Origin: Anaerolineales bacterium
GTDB taxonomy: Bacteria; Chloroflexota; Anaerolineae; Anaerolineales; UBA11579
Assembly (NCBI GenBank): GCA_016932165.1
Contig: JAFGDK010000029.1
Location: forward strand, 9,249-73,248
Direction: 5' to 3'
Length of the DNA: 64,000 nucleotides
Of the stretch, positions 9,401-20,210 are shown one piece after another. A program made the position numbers and the translations under genes. The stretch's first letter is position 1. Every line of letters starts with the position of its first letter. Under the pieces are notes generated by a model. It searched no databases and was not told where the DNA came from. It was given only the letters and a program-made list of their open reading frames with translations.

Positions 9401-10705
9401 ATGGACCCGAGGAAACCGAACCTGACCGATCCTGACCTTGAGCAGCTCCAGATCACCGCGCTGGAAGCTGCGGCGAATGGCGTTGTGATCACGAATACAT
9501 CTGGGACCATCATCTGGGCAAACCAATCGATCACCCGCCTGACCGGGTATTCCCGGGAAGAACTGATTGGGCAGAACCCAAATATTCTCAATTCTGGCGA
9601 ACACGACCGGCAATTTTATCAAGATATGTGGAGAACGATCTGTTCGGGAGAGGTGTGGCGCGGCAACCTGGTCAATCGAAAAAAGGATGGCAGTCTGTAC
9701 CACGAAGAGATGACCATTACCCCGATCATGAACGATGCTGGCGAGGTAGTGAATTATCTGGCAATCAAGGAGGACGTGACTGCTATTCGGCAGGCGGTTG
9801 AAGCGCTGGAGGCCAGTGAAGAGCGGTTCAGACGTCTGATCAACACCGTGCATGCACACTTTTATATGTCGGAAGTCTCTACCGATGGGGATATCACCTA
9901 CCGCTATATCTCAGACAATTTCCACACCCTGACAGGATACCCCTCTAAAAAATTCATGGAAGACTGGTCTTTTTGGAGCACATTGATCCATCCAGAAGAT
10001 GAGGAGTTTTGCCGGATGAACGCCCAGCGAATATATGAGGGCCACAGCACTGAAATTGAATACCGGATCATCAGATCAGATGGGGAAATGATTTGGGTCA
10101 GTGACAATGCCCAGGTGACCAGGGACTCAGATGGGCGGCTGATGGTCTATGCGACGATTATGGAGATCACAGACCGCAAGAAAACTGAACAGCGCATCCG
10201 TCATCTGGCAACTCACGACCCGTTGACCAATTTACCCAACCGCATCTTGTTTGAGGAAATTCTAGAGCACAGCCTGACCTATGCCAAACGTAACAACGAA
10301 AGGCTGGCCGTTTTCTTTTTGGATGTGAATGAATTTAAATCCGTGAATGATACCTACGGACATCATATTGGCGATGATCTGCTCAAATCTATTGCCGGGC
10401 GGCTGGAAAATGTGCTGCGGGAATATGATACCGTGGCCAGGATCTCAGGGGATGAGTTTACCATCGTTGCCAACCAGGTAAAATCTCTTCAGAGCGCCGA
10501 ACTGATCGCCAGAAAGATAGAAAAACTACTGTGCGGGAAGTACAAGGTTCAGGAAGTTACCCTGGATATCAGTATCAGCATCGGGGGCGCAATCTTCCCA
10601 GATCATGGTGAGGATTTTGAAACCCTGCTGCAGCGGGCTGATGCAGCCATGTACATCGCTAAAAACAATCCGGAGATTGGGTATCAGATTTGCCGCATCG
10701 ACTGA
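9401..10705 (+). CDS. PAS-PAS diguanylate cyclase
   Basis: Two PAS/PAC domains, HDPLTNLPNR, an RxxD I-site (REYD) and an SGDEF active site. Confidence 0.92.
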   Translation: MDPRKPNLTDPDLEQLQITALEAAANGVVITNTSGTIIWANQSITRLTGYSREELIGQNPNILNSGEHDRQFYQDMWRTICSGEVWRGNLVNRKKDGSLYHEEMTITPIMNDAGEVVNYLAIKEDVTAIRQAVEALEASEERFRRLINTVHAHFYMSEVSTDGDITYRYISDNFHTLTGYPSKKFMEDWSFWSTLIHPEDEEFCRMNAQRIYEGHSTEIEYRIIRSDGEMIWVSDNAQVTRDSDGRLMVYATIMEITDRKKTEQRIRHLATHDPLTNLPNRILFEEILEHSLTYAKRNNERLAVFFLDVNEFKSVNDTYGHHIGDDLLKSIAGRLENVLREYDTVARISGDEFTIVANQVKSLQSAELIARKIEKLLCGKYKVQEVTLDISISIGGAIFPDHGEDFETLLQRADAAMYIAKNNPEIGYQICRID

Positions 10706-10729
10706 ACCCCTACCGGTTCAATATGAGTT

Positions 10730-10773
10730 AACAAAACATGACACCTCAGGAATATCAGGCGTCATGTTTTGTT
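10730..10773. terminator. Bidirectional terminator between the diguanylate cyclase gene and tpiA
   Basis: AACAAAACATGAC...GTCATGTTTTGTT inverted repeat. Confidence 0.7.
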
Positions 10774-10796
10774 GTTTAAAATGAAACTAAAGTGCT

Positions 10797-11552
10797 TCAG
10801 GCAGCCGCCTCTGTGATTTTAATAAAGTCATCGGCTTTTAAGCTGGCACCGCCAACGAGAGCGCCATCCACTTCTTCTTCACTGAAAAAATCTCTGGCAT
10901 TGCTGGGTTTTACCGAGCCGCCATACAATACACGGATGCCCTGGGCAATCTCATCACCAAACAATTCCGCCAACACTGGGCGGATGGATTGCCCAATCAC
11001 TCGGGAGGCATCTTCGGGATAAGCTGCTTTTCCGGTGCCGATCGCCCAGACCGGTTCGTAGGCAATCACGAGTTGATCGGCTGAGGTAATTCCCAGTCCG
11101 GCCAACCCATCACGCATCTGGCGGGAGACGACTTCGTCGGTTTTGCCAGCTTCATTTTCGGCCAGAGTCTCACCCACACAGACCACCGGGATCAGGCCGT
11201 GGGCCAGGGCGGCCTTTGTGCGCCGGTTTACAGATTCGTCTGTTTCGCCAAAATATGCCCGGCGCTCGGAATGGCCGATGATCACAAACTCGCAGAATTC
11301 GGCCACCATATCAGGGGCCACCTCGCCAGTAAAGGCACCCGCCTCTTCCCAATAGACATTTTGAGCGCCAAGGGCAACCTTGCTGTCCTTGAGCATTTCG
11401 GCCGCCGCGGGGATGGCCAGATAGGATGGGCAGATCAGGTTATCCACGTTTGAGACAGCTTCCAAACCTGGCAGCATTTCCTCGATCAGCACCTTGGTTT
11501 CCGCCGCCGTCTTATTCAGTTTCCAATTTCCAGCTACCAACGGGGTACGCAT
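10797..11552 (-). CDS. tpiA: Triose-phosphate isomerase
   Basis: AGNWK, GHSERR, AYEPVWAIGTG and YGGSV motifs. Confidence 0.98.
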   Translation of the reverse strand: MRTPLVAGNWKLNKTAAETKVLIEEMLPGLEAVSNVDNLICPSYLAIPAAAEMLKDSKVALGAQNVYWEEAGAFTGEVAPDMVAEFCEFVIIGHSERRAYFGETDESVNRRTKAALAHGLIPVVCVGETLAENEAGKTDEVVSRQMRDGLAGLGITSADQLVIAYEPVWAIGTGKAAYPEDASRVIGQSIRPVLAELFGDEIAQGIRVLYGGSVKPSNARDFFSEEEVDGALVGGASLKADDFIKITEAAA

Positions 11553-11598
11553 AATTTTCCTCACTAGATCAAGAGCGCGTCAGGCGCTCTCAATGGTT

Positions 11599-12774
11599 TT
11601 ATTTATCTTCCAACGCAGCCAGACCAGGCAAAATTTTGCCTTCCAACATTTCCAGCGAAGCGCCGCCGCCAGTGGAGATATGGGTGATCTTTTCAGCCAG
11701 ACCAGATTTGTTCACGGCTGCCGCTGAGTCGCCGCCGCCGATGATGGTAATTGCCGGGCTGTTTGCCACGATCTCAGCCAAACCAAAGGTGCCTTCGGCA
11801 AAGTTGTCAAACTCAAACACACCCATCGGGCCATTCCATACCACAGTCCCGGCCTCGACAAGCACCTTTTCAAAGCTCTTGAGAGTCTCTGGGCCTACAT
11901 CTAAGATACGCCAACCTGCCGGGACATCCCCCACCGGGAGGGTCTGCCGGGCAGCATGGTTGTCAAAGGCATCTGCCAAGACCATATCCACAGGCAGCAC
12001 CAGCTTGCTGCCGCCTGCTGTAAGCAAATCTTTAGCGGTCTCAACTGCATCCTCTTCCACCAGAGAATCGCCCATCTGAAAGCCCTTGGCCTTGAAGAAA
12101 GTATTCGCCATCCCGCCGCCGATAAGTACACGATCGGCTTTGATCAGCAAGTTTTGGATGACACCGATCTTATCGCTGATCTTAGCCCCGCCCATGATGG
12201 CGATAAATGGGCGTTTGGGTTCTGCAATCGCATTACCAAGGTAAACGATCTCCTTCTCCAGCAACAAGCCGGCTGCGGCAGGAAGCTCCCCGGCCACACC
12301 GACATTGGAGGCGTGGGCGCGGTGGGCAGTACCAAAAGCGTCATTGACAAACACATCAGCCAGGCTAGCAAGCTGCTTTGCCATTGCCGGGTGATTGGTT
12401 TTCTCTTCCTTATGAAAGCGGGTATTCTCCAGCACCAGAATCTGGCCGGATTCCAATGCCTGAGCGGCTTGTTCAGCGATTGGACCAATGCAGTCCTCAG
12501 CAAAGAAGACTGGGACATCCACCAGGGTTCTGAGATGGTCCGCAGTTGGGCGCATGGAAAATTGGGTATCAGCGGCGCTGCCTGGACGTCCCAGGTGCGA
12601 GCACAGAATGATGGCCGCATTTTGCTCCAACAAATATTGAATGGTAGGCAGCGCCGCTTTGATGCGGGTGTCATCGGCTACCTTGCCATCCGCAAGGGGC
12701 ACGTTGAAATCGACGCGTACCAGGACGCGTTTGTTCTCAACATTCAGGTCTTTGACCGTTTTCTTGTTGAACAT
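11599..12774 (-). CDS. pgk: Phosphoglycerate kinase
   Basis: [23 protein letters not shown] and STGGGASL motifs. Confidence 0.98.
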   Translation of the reverse strand: MFNKKTVKDLNVENKRVLVRVDFNVPLADGKVADDTRIKAALPTIQYLLEQNAAIILCSHLGRPGSAADTQFSMRPTADHLRTLVDVPVFFAEDCIGPIAEQAAQALESGQILVLENTRFHKEEKTNHPAMAKQLASLADVFVNDAFGTAHRAHASNVGVAGELPAAAGLLLEKEIVYLGNAIAEPKRPFIAIMGGAKISDKIGVIQNLLIKADRVLIGGGMANTFFKAKGFQMGDSLVEEDAVETAKDLLTAGGSKLVLPVDMVLADAFDNHAARQTLPVGDVPAGWRILDVGPETLKSFEKVLVEAGTVVWNGPMGVFEFDNFAEGTFGLAEIVANSPAITIIGGGDSAAAVNKSGLAEKITHISTGGGASLEMLEGKILPGLAALEDK

Positions 12775-12849
12775 TTTTTCACCTATTCACAAAAAAAGGG
12801 TGGGGAACTGCCCTTTTCAGACCGCTCCGCCACCCAATCTAGTTGCAGA

Positions 12850-13872
12850 TTAGAAGAACTTGGCCAGTTTGGCAGCCAGGTCGGCAGTACGGCTGGCGTA
12901 CCCCCACTCATTGTCGTACCAAGCCAAAACCTTGACCATGTTACCGCCGATCACCTTGGTCAGCAGGCCGTCCACGATTGAAGAACGGTCATCACCGACA
13001 AAATCCTGCAGGACAAGCGGCTCTTCGGTATAGCCCATGATACCGGCAAGTTCATTTTCAGATGCAGCCTTCAAGACGGCATTGACCTGTTCCTCGGTCA
13101 CATCCTGGGCCAGTTCCAGCACCAAGTCAGAGATCGAGCCAGTGATGGTAGGAGTGCGGATGGACATCCCATCCAGCTTGCCATTCAACTCAGGCAGCAC
13201 CAGTCCAACAGCAATTGCTGCGCCGGTGGTGGAGGGAATCAGGTTGACTGCTGCAGCACGAGCACGGCGCAGGTCCTTATCGGCCAGATCCAGAACCTTC
13301 TGGCTGGTGGTGTACGAATGGATGGTATTGAGCAAACCTTTATTGATCCCAAACTTATCATTGATCGTCTTGACCACTGGGGCAATGCAGTTGGTGGTGC
13401 AGGAAGCATTCGAGATAATGTGGTGTTTCTCATGATCGTATTTGTCATCATTCACGCCGATCACCACGGTCAGGTCCACGTTTTTGCCGGGGGCGGAAAC
13501 AATCACTTTCTTCGCACCGCCTTTTTCAATGTGAGACTGCGGACCGGGATCCTTGGAAGCATCGCGGAAGACACCTGTGGATTCCACCACTACCTCAACG
13601 CCCAGGTCTCCCCAGGGCAGGTTGCCAGGGTCGCGTTCTGAAAACACCTTAATGGTTTTGCCGTCGACAACCAGATCGGTGCCGTCCACCTCAACGGTGC
13701 CAGGGTATTTGCCATAAGCCGAATCGTATTTAAACAGGTGGGCATTGGTCTCCGTGGGAAAGAGATCATTGACCGCAACGACTTCAATTTCACCCTGATA
13801 CTTTTGGTTGACCGCCTTTAAAACCTGACGGCCAATCCGGCCAAATCCGTTAATACCAATTTGCTTTGTCAT
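12850..13872 (-). CDS. gap: Type I glyceraldehyde-3-phosphate dehydrogenase
   Basis: GINGFGRIGR, ASCTTNC and WYDNEWGY motifs; AGGAGG SD. Confidence 0.98.
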   Translation of the reverse strand: MTKQIGINGFGRIGRQVLKAVNQKYQGEIEVVAVNDLFPTETNAHLFKYDSAYGKYPGTVEVDGTDLVVDGKTIKVFSERDPGNLPWGDLGVEVVVESTGVFRDASKDPGPQSHIEKGGAKKVIVSAPGKNVDLTVVIGVNDDKYDHEKHHIISNASCTTNCIAPVVKTINDKFGINKGLLNTIHSYTTSQKVLDLADKDLRRARAAAVNLIPSTTGAAIAVGLVLPELNGKLDGMSIRTPTITGSISDLVLELAQDVTEEQVNAVLKAASENELAGIMGYTEEPLVLQDFVGDDRSSIVDGLLTKVIGGNMVKVLAWYDNEWGYASRTADLAAKLAKFF

Positions 13873-14108
13873 CGAAACCTCCTAAAAATGAGTTGATATA
13901 TTACAGTTTTCGCAACTGTTGGTGCACATAATCCGGGCAGGCTTCAGGTGCCCACCAATCGCTAATTATATCAAAATTGACACAGAAAGGACAGGTGCGG
14001 ATGAAGATAGCAGTGATTGGCGATCAAACCCTTAGGGATTTGGAATAAACAAGATTTTTCAGCGGTTTGATAGTATCTTATCTAACCGCCTGCTGCCGGC
14101 TGCCTGCT

Positions 14109-15443
14109 TTATACCACCAGCGGCCCGGTACGCTCCATGAAGAGATCAATTAATACCTTAGCCAGCTTAGATTCATCGTGAAGCAGGGGCTCCTCCTCTG
14201 AGACCAGATTGGCGCGGTAAATTGCGTAGTTATCATCCAGTTCTGGGGGGGCTTCAACCCACTGAAGCCCGGGCGGCAAATCGGCAATTGTCTCGCAATT
14301 ACTGACGACCAGATCAAATAATTCACCCGCTACATGATCTTCTATCGCCCGAAGATGATCCCCGCAATCATAGTTATCTGTCTCGCCCGGCTGAGTGATG
14401 ATATTGCAGACAAAGACCTTAAAAGCCTGGCTGGAGCGCATCGCAGCGACGATATCCGGGACGAGCAGATTGGGGAGGATACTGGTATATAGACTGCCCG
14501 GTCCAACTACAATCATATCAGCTTGAAGCAAGGCCCTCACCGCGGCCGGATAGGCGGGAGGAGAGTTTGGTTCCAGCCACAGACGGCGCACATTGCCACC
14601 CACGCTGGGAATTTGGCTCTCGCCTTTCACCCTGACCTCATTGCGCATATTGGGCAGACTTTTGTCCGCCACCAGACGGACATCATGCAGCGTGGATGGA
14701 ATCACTTGCCCGCTGGCAGAAATCACCCGCCCGGCTTCGACCACCGCCTGTTCAAAGCTGCCGGTGATCTCAGCCAATGCTGAGATGAGCAAATTGCCAA
14801 ATGAATGCCCTTCCAACTCATCCTCGCCGGTGGAGAAGCGATACTGGAATAGCTGGCTGGTGAGGGCTTCATCACTGGAGAGGGCTGCCAGGCAGTTGCG
14901 GATATCACCAGGCGGCAACATTCCCTTGGCGTCCCGCAACTTGCCGGATGAGCCGCCATCATCCGCCACGGTAACAATCGCCGTGATCTTGCGGGTAAAC
15001 TCCTTCATCCCCCGCAAAACCGTAGCCATGCCATGCCCGCCGCCGATTACAACCACATTGGGGCCTCGATCCCGCCGGCTGTACTGCACCAGGGTATTGA
15101 CCACCGGCTCGCCAGGCCTCCGGTAGGGGCGCAGGATCGTGCGGTTGAGCTGGAGAAAACCAACGATAACAAAACCAACACCAATGCCGCCGAAGATCAC
15201 TGCCCGCAGCAAACGCGGCAGCTTCTGGAGAGCGATCAAGGCCAAGACGGTTGAAATCCAGTTATCCGGCGCCTGGCGGTAAATATCAATCAAAATAAAT
15301 GCCAGCCCGACGGCCAGCATGGTGGTACCCAGCAGAATCAAACCCAGCCAGCGCTTTACACCCAGGCCCGGGCTGAACCATAAGATCAACTGTTGAATGC
15401 TCTTCCAGATTCTAGAGAAGTATGATGGGCGCTGTTCAGTCAT
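14109..15443 (-). CDS. yvcK: YvcK/GlmR family UDP-GlcNAc-binding protein with N-terminal membrane segments
   Basis: IGGGHG, VTVADDGGSSG, PPGDIRN and GPGSLYTS motifs; hydrophobic N-terminus. Confidence 0.9.
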   Translation of the reverse strand: MTEQRPSYFSRIWKSIQQLILWFSPGLGVKRWLGLILLGTTMLAVGLAFILIDIYRQAPDNWISTVLALIALQKLPRLLRAVIFGGIGVGFVIVGFLQLNRTILRPYRRPGEPVVNTLVQYSRRDRGPNVVVIGGGHGMATVLRGMKEFTRKITAIVTVADDGGSSGKLRDAKGMLPPGDIRNCLAALSSDEALTSQLFQYRFSTGEDELEGHSFGNLLISALAEITGSFEQAVVEAGRVISASGQVIPSTLHDVRLVADKSLPNMRNEVRVKGESQIPSVGGNVRRLWLEPNSPPAYPAAVRALLQADMIVVGPGSLYTSILPNLLVPDIVAAMRSSQAFKVFVCNIITQPGETDNYDCGDHLRAIEDHVAGELFDLVVSNCETIADLPPGLQWVEAPPELDDNYAIYRANLVSEEEPLLHDESKLAKVLIDLFMERTGPLVV

Positions 15444-15579
15444 TACAATCGGATGATAGCAGTCTTTGAAACCGGCGTCAACTATCACGCAGTTATGTTT
15501 GGCGCTCTGCCAAAAATCGGTTGAGGTTTTATACCATCATCGGGTATACTTATCTCTACCCCATAAAATAGGACCTTGC

Positions 15580-17271
15580 ATGGCAGAACAAAAAACCAGA
15601 TGGCAGCTCAGCCCCAAAATCCCAGACACCGTCTCTGAAGAGCTTAGTAACTTTTCACGAATATTTCGACAAATCTTATATAACCGAGAGATCACAACCC
15701 GGCAGCAGGCAGACCAATTCCTGCACGCTGGTTTCCCGCCTCACGCTGATAGCCAATTATTGGGAACCCGGGAAGCGGTTGACCGGATTGGGCAAGCGCT
15801 GAAAGATCAGGAAAAGATCGCGGTCTACGGCGATTACGATGCCGACGGTGTGACCGCTACAGCCCTAATGCTGCACACGTTGAATGCGTTGGGCGCAGAA
15901 GTGCGTTCCTACATCCCTAACCGGTTTACTGAAGGCTATGGTCTGAACATCACCGCTCTGGAAAAATTGAAAACAGATGGTGTTTCGCTGGTGATCACCG
16001 TGGACTGCGGCATCCGCGCTGTTCAACAAGCAGAACATGCGGCCAGCATTGGTCTGGAGCTGATCATCACCGACCACCACACACCGGGAACCGATCTGCC
16101 CCGCGCCCTGACGATCATCAATCCAAAGCAGCCCGATGACCCCTATCCAGAGAAGGTGCTGGCCGGGGTGGGCGTCGCCTACAAGCTGGCAAAAGCCTTG
16201 ATCGAAAGATTCAATCCCCCCAGCCTGGTAGCGGAAGATTTATTGGACCTGGTGGCGATTGGCACGGTGGCAGACCTGGTGCCGCTGGTCGGCGAGAACC
16301 GGGCGCTGGTGCGCGAGGGGCTGCGCTACATTCGGACCCCCCGCAGGCAGGGGATCCTCTCGCTGCTGGGCGTGATTGGTTTGCCCCCCACCAATGTAAC
16401 AGCCGCCACGATTGGATTTGGCATCGGGCCGCGGATCAATGCCGCCGGCCGGATCGGTTCAGCCCAGGATGCGCTCAATCTACTGATGGCGAGAGACATC
16501 CCGACAGCCGCTGAATACGCCCAGGTGCTGGACAACCGCAACCGGGAGCGCCAGCGGATCACCCGTGAGATCCAGATACAGTCGGAGGCGCTTGCAGAGA
16601 TAGAACAGCCAGGGACCTATCTGTTGTTTTCTTACCATCCGGACTTTAATCCCGGCGTGGTTGGGCTGGCGGCATCCAAGCTGGTGGAAGAATATTACCG
16701 CCCGGCGGTGGTCGGGTTCCTTGGCGAAGGGTTTACCCGTGCCTCCTGCCGCAGCATCCCGGAGTTCCACATCACTCACGCCCTGGACGAATGCAGCGAT
16801 CTATTAGAACAATACGGCGGGCATGCCGGTGCAGCTGGATTTACTGTGCTGAATAAAAACCTTGACCAACTTGCTTACCGCCTGCAGACGATTGCCCGGG
16901 AGCAGCTCCAATCCGTTGACTTAGCCCCCAGTATTATTGCCGATGCGGCCGTCCGACTGCCGGAGTTGACCCCCGCGTTATTAAAAGAAATCGACTTGCT
17001 AGAGCCAACCGGACAGCTAAACGAATCGCCTTTATTTGTCAGCTACAAGGTAGATGTGCGCGGAGCCAGAACGGTGGGGAAGGACAAAAGCCACCTGAAG
17101 TTGATTTTGTCCCAGGACGGGATGACCTTCGATGCGATCGCCTTCCGTTTCGGACACCTGGTGGATGAGGTCCCCGGCCAGATTGATATTTTATATGCCT
17201 TCGAAATGAATGAGTTCAACGGCCAGCAAACGCTGCAATTAAATATCAAAGATCTGAAATTTGCTTGGTAG
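15580..17271 (+). CDS. recJ: Single-stranded-DNA-specific exonuclease RecJ
   Basis: DYDADG, TDHH, PRINAAGR and GGHAGAAG motifs; likely start at ATG 15580. Confidence 0.96.
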   Translation: MAEQKTRWQLSPKIPDTVSEELSNFSRIFRQILYNREITTRQQADQFLHAGFPPHADSQLLGTREAVDRIGQALKDQEKIAVYGDYDADGVTATALMLHTLNALGAEVRSYIPNRFTEGYGLNITALEKLKTDGVSLVITVDCGIRAVQQAEHAASIGLELIITDHHTPGTDLPRALTIINPKQPDDPYPEKVLAGVGVAYKLAKALIERFNPPSLVAEDLLDLVAIGTVADLVPLVGENRALVREGLRYIRTPRRQGILSLLGVIGLPPTNVTAATIGFGIGPRINAAGRIGSAQDALNLLMARDIPTAAEYAQVLDNRNRERQRITREIQIQSEALAEIEQPGTYLLFSYHPDFNPGVVGLAASKLVEEYYRPAVVGFLGEGFTRASCRSIPEFHITHALDECSDLLEQYGGHAGAAGFTVLNKNLDQLAYRLQTIAREQLQSVDLAPSIIADAAVRLPELTPALLKEIDLLEPTGQLNESPLFVSYKVDVRGARTVGKDKSHLKLILSQDGMTFDAIAFRFGHLVDEVPGQIDILYAFEMNEFNGQQTLQLNIKDLKFAW

Positions 17272-17331
17272 AAAAGCTGTGACCAGGTGCCTGTTTGTAT
17301 CAAACCATCAAACTAAAAACAGCCAAACTGC

Positions 17332-18021
17332 CTAATCCACAAACCTGTACTTGATCAGCGTCCACAGGGCAATGACACCATCCCAGGCGTTGATCTTCTT
17401 GCCCTCCGAATAGCGCCGCGGGTTGAACGAGATCGGCACCTCAACGATCTTGATCCCCTTTTTTAGGATCTTGGCGGTGAACTCTGGTTCAAATTCAAAG
17501 CGGCGGGCGTGGATGGTCATTCCCGCAACGACCTGGCGGCGGAAAGCCTTGTAGCAGGTTTCCATGTCAGTCAGTTTTGCCCGGTACAGCAGGTTGGTGA
17601 CCAGGGTGAGGGTGAGATTGGCCAGCCAGCTCAGCAGCATTGGCCTTTGAGTATCAGTGGAAGCAAACCGGGAGCCGTAAACCACATCACATTTTCCCGC
17701 TGCAATCGGCGCCAGCAGCTTGGGGTAGTCATTGGGGTCATATTCCAGATCGGCATCCTGAATAATGAGCACATCGCCGTTGGCGGCTTGTATCCCCGAG
17801 ACAACCGCTGCGCCTTTCCCGGAATTGCGCTGATGCGAGATCACGCGGATATCCGGCTGCTTTGCCAGTTCCTGAAGGATGGCACGGGTACCATCCTGAG
17901 AGCCGTCATCGACGATGACGAGCTCATCCACGATCCCCACAGCCTGAACGCGGGCGGTGATCTCCTGCAGCGTGGTTTCCTCATTGAAAACCGGCATGAT
18001 CACCGAGAGTTTCATTTTCAT
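17332..18021 (-). CDS. Glycosyltransferase family 2 (DPM1-like)
   Basis: VIMPVFNE, VDDGSQDGT, QDADLEY and TDMETCYK motifs. Confidence 0.93.
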   Translation of the reverse strand: MKMKLSVIMPVFNEETTLQEITARVQAVGIVDELVIVDDGSQDGTRAILQELAKQPDIRVISHQRNSGKGAAVVSGIQAANGDVLIIQDADLEYDPNDYPKLLAPIAAGKCDVVYGSRFASTDTQRPMLLSWLANLTLTLVTNLLYRAKLTDMETCYKAFRRQVVAGMTIHARRFEFEPEFTAKILKKGIKIVEVPISFNPRRYSEGKKINAWDGVIALWTLIKYRFVD

Positions 18022-18163
18022 TCCATAATTATAGCGGGATTTGTCTCACAGACCAGCCCCCGGCTTTTGCTAAATCCTACCATCCTGTAAGCGGTGCTTT
18101 CCGGCCTGCGTGCTATAATTGGAATGTTGGATACCACCTGAAAACAGCTCGAGGATAAAGATC

Positions 18164-19477
18164 ATGGCGCGAGTTCAAGAAAAAATTCAATTTGTCCCCC
18201 CGGCGATCACCAAGATTGAAGATACCGGGTTGACCACCCTGTGGCTGCAAGACCTTGCCCTTAAAATCATCTATTTTGGCGGCTATCTAAACGGCTACCA
18301 GATGGCTGAAAGGATCGCTCTGCCCTTTGCCGGGATTATGGATCAGATTCTGGAGAACCTGAAACGGGAAAAATTCGTCGAGGTACGCAGCCAATCCGGC
18401 GGTTACGGTGAAGGCGCCTACCAATATGCGATCACCAATGCTGGCATATTGCGCGCCCGCGAAGCCCTGGACCGCAGCCAGTATGCCGGTCCGGCGCCGG
18501 TGCCGATCGAGGATTATTACCAGTCCATTCTGCGGCAATCGCGTTCCCAGATGAGCGTCAACCAGCGCACAATGCGCCAAGCCCTGACCGGGCTGGTGCT
18601 CTCGCGCAAAACCTTCCACCAGATTGGCCCGGCGGTGAATTCCAATACCTCAATGTTCCTCTATGGCCCTCCCGGAAACGGCAAGACCACGATCGCCCGG
18701 GCAATCGGCCAGATGCGCGGCGAGACAAACATGTTCATTCCCTATTCCTTGTACGTGGATGGCCAGGTGGTTAAACTGTACGACTCTGTCAACCACCAAC
18801 TGGTCGAGGAAGGGGAGAGCGCCACCACCTCAGGGACAGGTTCTTTGCGCTCCGGCAGCCGCCGTGACCCGCGCTGGGTACAGATCAAGCGGCCTTTTAT
18901 CGTTGTCGGCGGGGAACTGACCATGGCCGGGTTGGACCTGGTTTTTGACGACACCAACAAGTATTATGAGGCTGCCTTCCAGATGAAAGCCAATGGCGGG
19001 ATCTTCTTGATTGATGACTTCGGCCGCCAGCAGGTGCGCCCGCGCGACCTGCTCAACCGCTGGATTGTGCCCCTGGAAAACCGGATCGATTACCTCACCT
19101 TGCATACCGGCCGCAAGATCGAGATCCCCTTTGATGTGCTGGTGATCTTTTCAACCAACCTGCCGCCCAGAGACCTGGTAGATGAAGCCTTCCTGCGCCG
19201 TTTGCGCCACAAGATTGAAATTGGCGACCCGACCTATGAAGAATACCGGGAGATTTTCAAGGCCGTGGCGGCTGGCAAGCGGGTCAAATACAGCGATCAG
19301 GGACTGGCATACCTGCTACAGGAATGGTACATCAAACCGAACCGCAAACTGCGCGCCTCTCACCCACGCGATATTTGTGACCAGATTCTGGACATTGCCG
19401 CCTACCTGAATATCGAACCGGTGATGAGCAAAGAGCTGTTAGACCGCGCTTCGGCCGCCTATTTTGTTGATCTATAG
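18164..19477 (+). CDS. Uncharacterised AAA+ ATPase
   Basis: Walker A GPPGNGKT, Walker B FLIDDFG, sensor-1 STN and Arg finger FLRRL. Confidence 0.85.
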   Translation: MARVQEKIQFVPPAITKIEDTGLTTLWLQDLALKIIYFGGYLNGYQMAERIALPFAGIMDQILENLKREKFVEVRSQSGGYGEGAYQYAITNAGILRAREALDRSQYAGPAPVPIEDYYQSILRQSRSQMSVNQRTMRQALTGLVLSRKTFHQIGPAVNSNTSMFLYGPPGNGKTTIARAIGQMRGETNMFIPYSLYVDGQVVKLYDSVNHQLVEEGESATTSGTGSLRSGSRRDPRWVQIKRPFIVVGGELTMAGLDLVFDDTNKYYEAAFQMKANGGIFLIDDFGRQQVRPRDLLNRWIVPLENRIDYLTLHTGRKIEIPFDVLVIFSTNLPPRDLVDEAFLRRLRHKIEIGDPTYEEYREIFKAVAAGKRVKYSDQGLAYLLQEWYIKPNRKLRASHPRDICDQILDIAAYLNIEPVMSKELLDRASAAYFVDL

Positions 19478-19478
19478 T

Positions 19479-20210
19479 ATGCACAGTTTTCCCCGCCCGG
19501 CGATTTTTGCCCATCGGGGCGCCAGCCACGATGCACCAGAAAACACCCTCAAAGCTTTTCAGCTCGCACTGCAGCAAAATGCAGACGGCATAGAGTTAGA
19601 TGTACACCTTTCAGCAGACCAGCAGGTGGTCGTGATCCATGACAGCGACTTGAATCGAACCACCAACGGCCGCGGCCGGGTAGAAGAACTTTCGCTGCAT
19701 GATCTTAAACAATTGGATGCCGGTGAGGGTGAAACAATCCCCACCCTGGTAGAAGTGCTTGAACTGGTCGGAGACCAGATCCTTCTCAATATCGAATTAA
19801 AAGGCTTCTCCAGCGATGCGGACAAATTGCCCCAGGCAGTGTTAGGGCTTACCAGGGATTTTGGCCTTAGTGATCGCGTGATCTATTCTTCATTTGACCC
19901 GCATGTGCTGATGCTGCTCCACCGACTGGATCCAGCTGCACAGGCCGGACTGCTGCTCCCCCCTGGAAATCTCTCCGCAATGATCCGAACATTCTTTTCA
20001 CCCTTCGTCCGCCCCTGGTCGCTGCACCCTCATTTTGAATCAGTCACCGAACGCTTTATCCGGGTGGCGAATAAAAACAACCAGCCGGTGTTCACCTATA
20101 CGGTCAACCAACCAGAAGATATGCGGAAAGTATTTCGATTGGGCGTCTCTGGAATTTTTACAGATATACCGCTGCTGGCCCAAAAGGTGCGCGAGGAATT
20201 TGCTTCATGA
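19479..20210 (+). CDS. Glycerophosphodiester phosphodiesterase (GlpQ/UgpQ family)
   Basis: AHRGAS, PENT, IELDV, IHD, NIELK and YTVN motifs. Confidence 0.93.
   Translation: MHSFPRPAIFAHRGASHDAPENTLKAFQLALQQNADGIELDVHLSADQQVVVIHDSDLNRTTNGRGRVEELSLHDLKQLDAGEGETIPTLVEVLELVGDQILLNIELKGFSSDADKLPQAVLGLTRDFGLSDRVIYSSFDPHVLMLLHRLDPAAQAGLLLPPGNLSAMIRTFFSPFVRPWSLHPHFESVTERFIRVANKNNQPVFTYTVNQPEDMRKVFRLGVSGIFTDIPLLAQKVREEFAS

Noticed and set aside
12791-12817. Terminator between gap and pgk
   Set aside because: On the mRNA strand the stem is only AAAAGGG/CCCTTTT with a 10-nt loop. It may be a partial terminator but is too weak to call.
11956-12981. 341-aa ORF antisense to pgk, and similar long antisense ORFs such as 48726..49475 and 46052..46723
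   Set aside because: Antisense shadows of conserved genes caused by codon bias; they carry no recognisable motifs.
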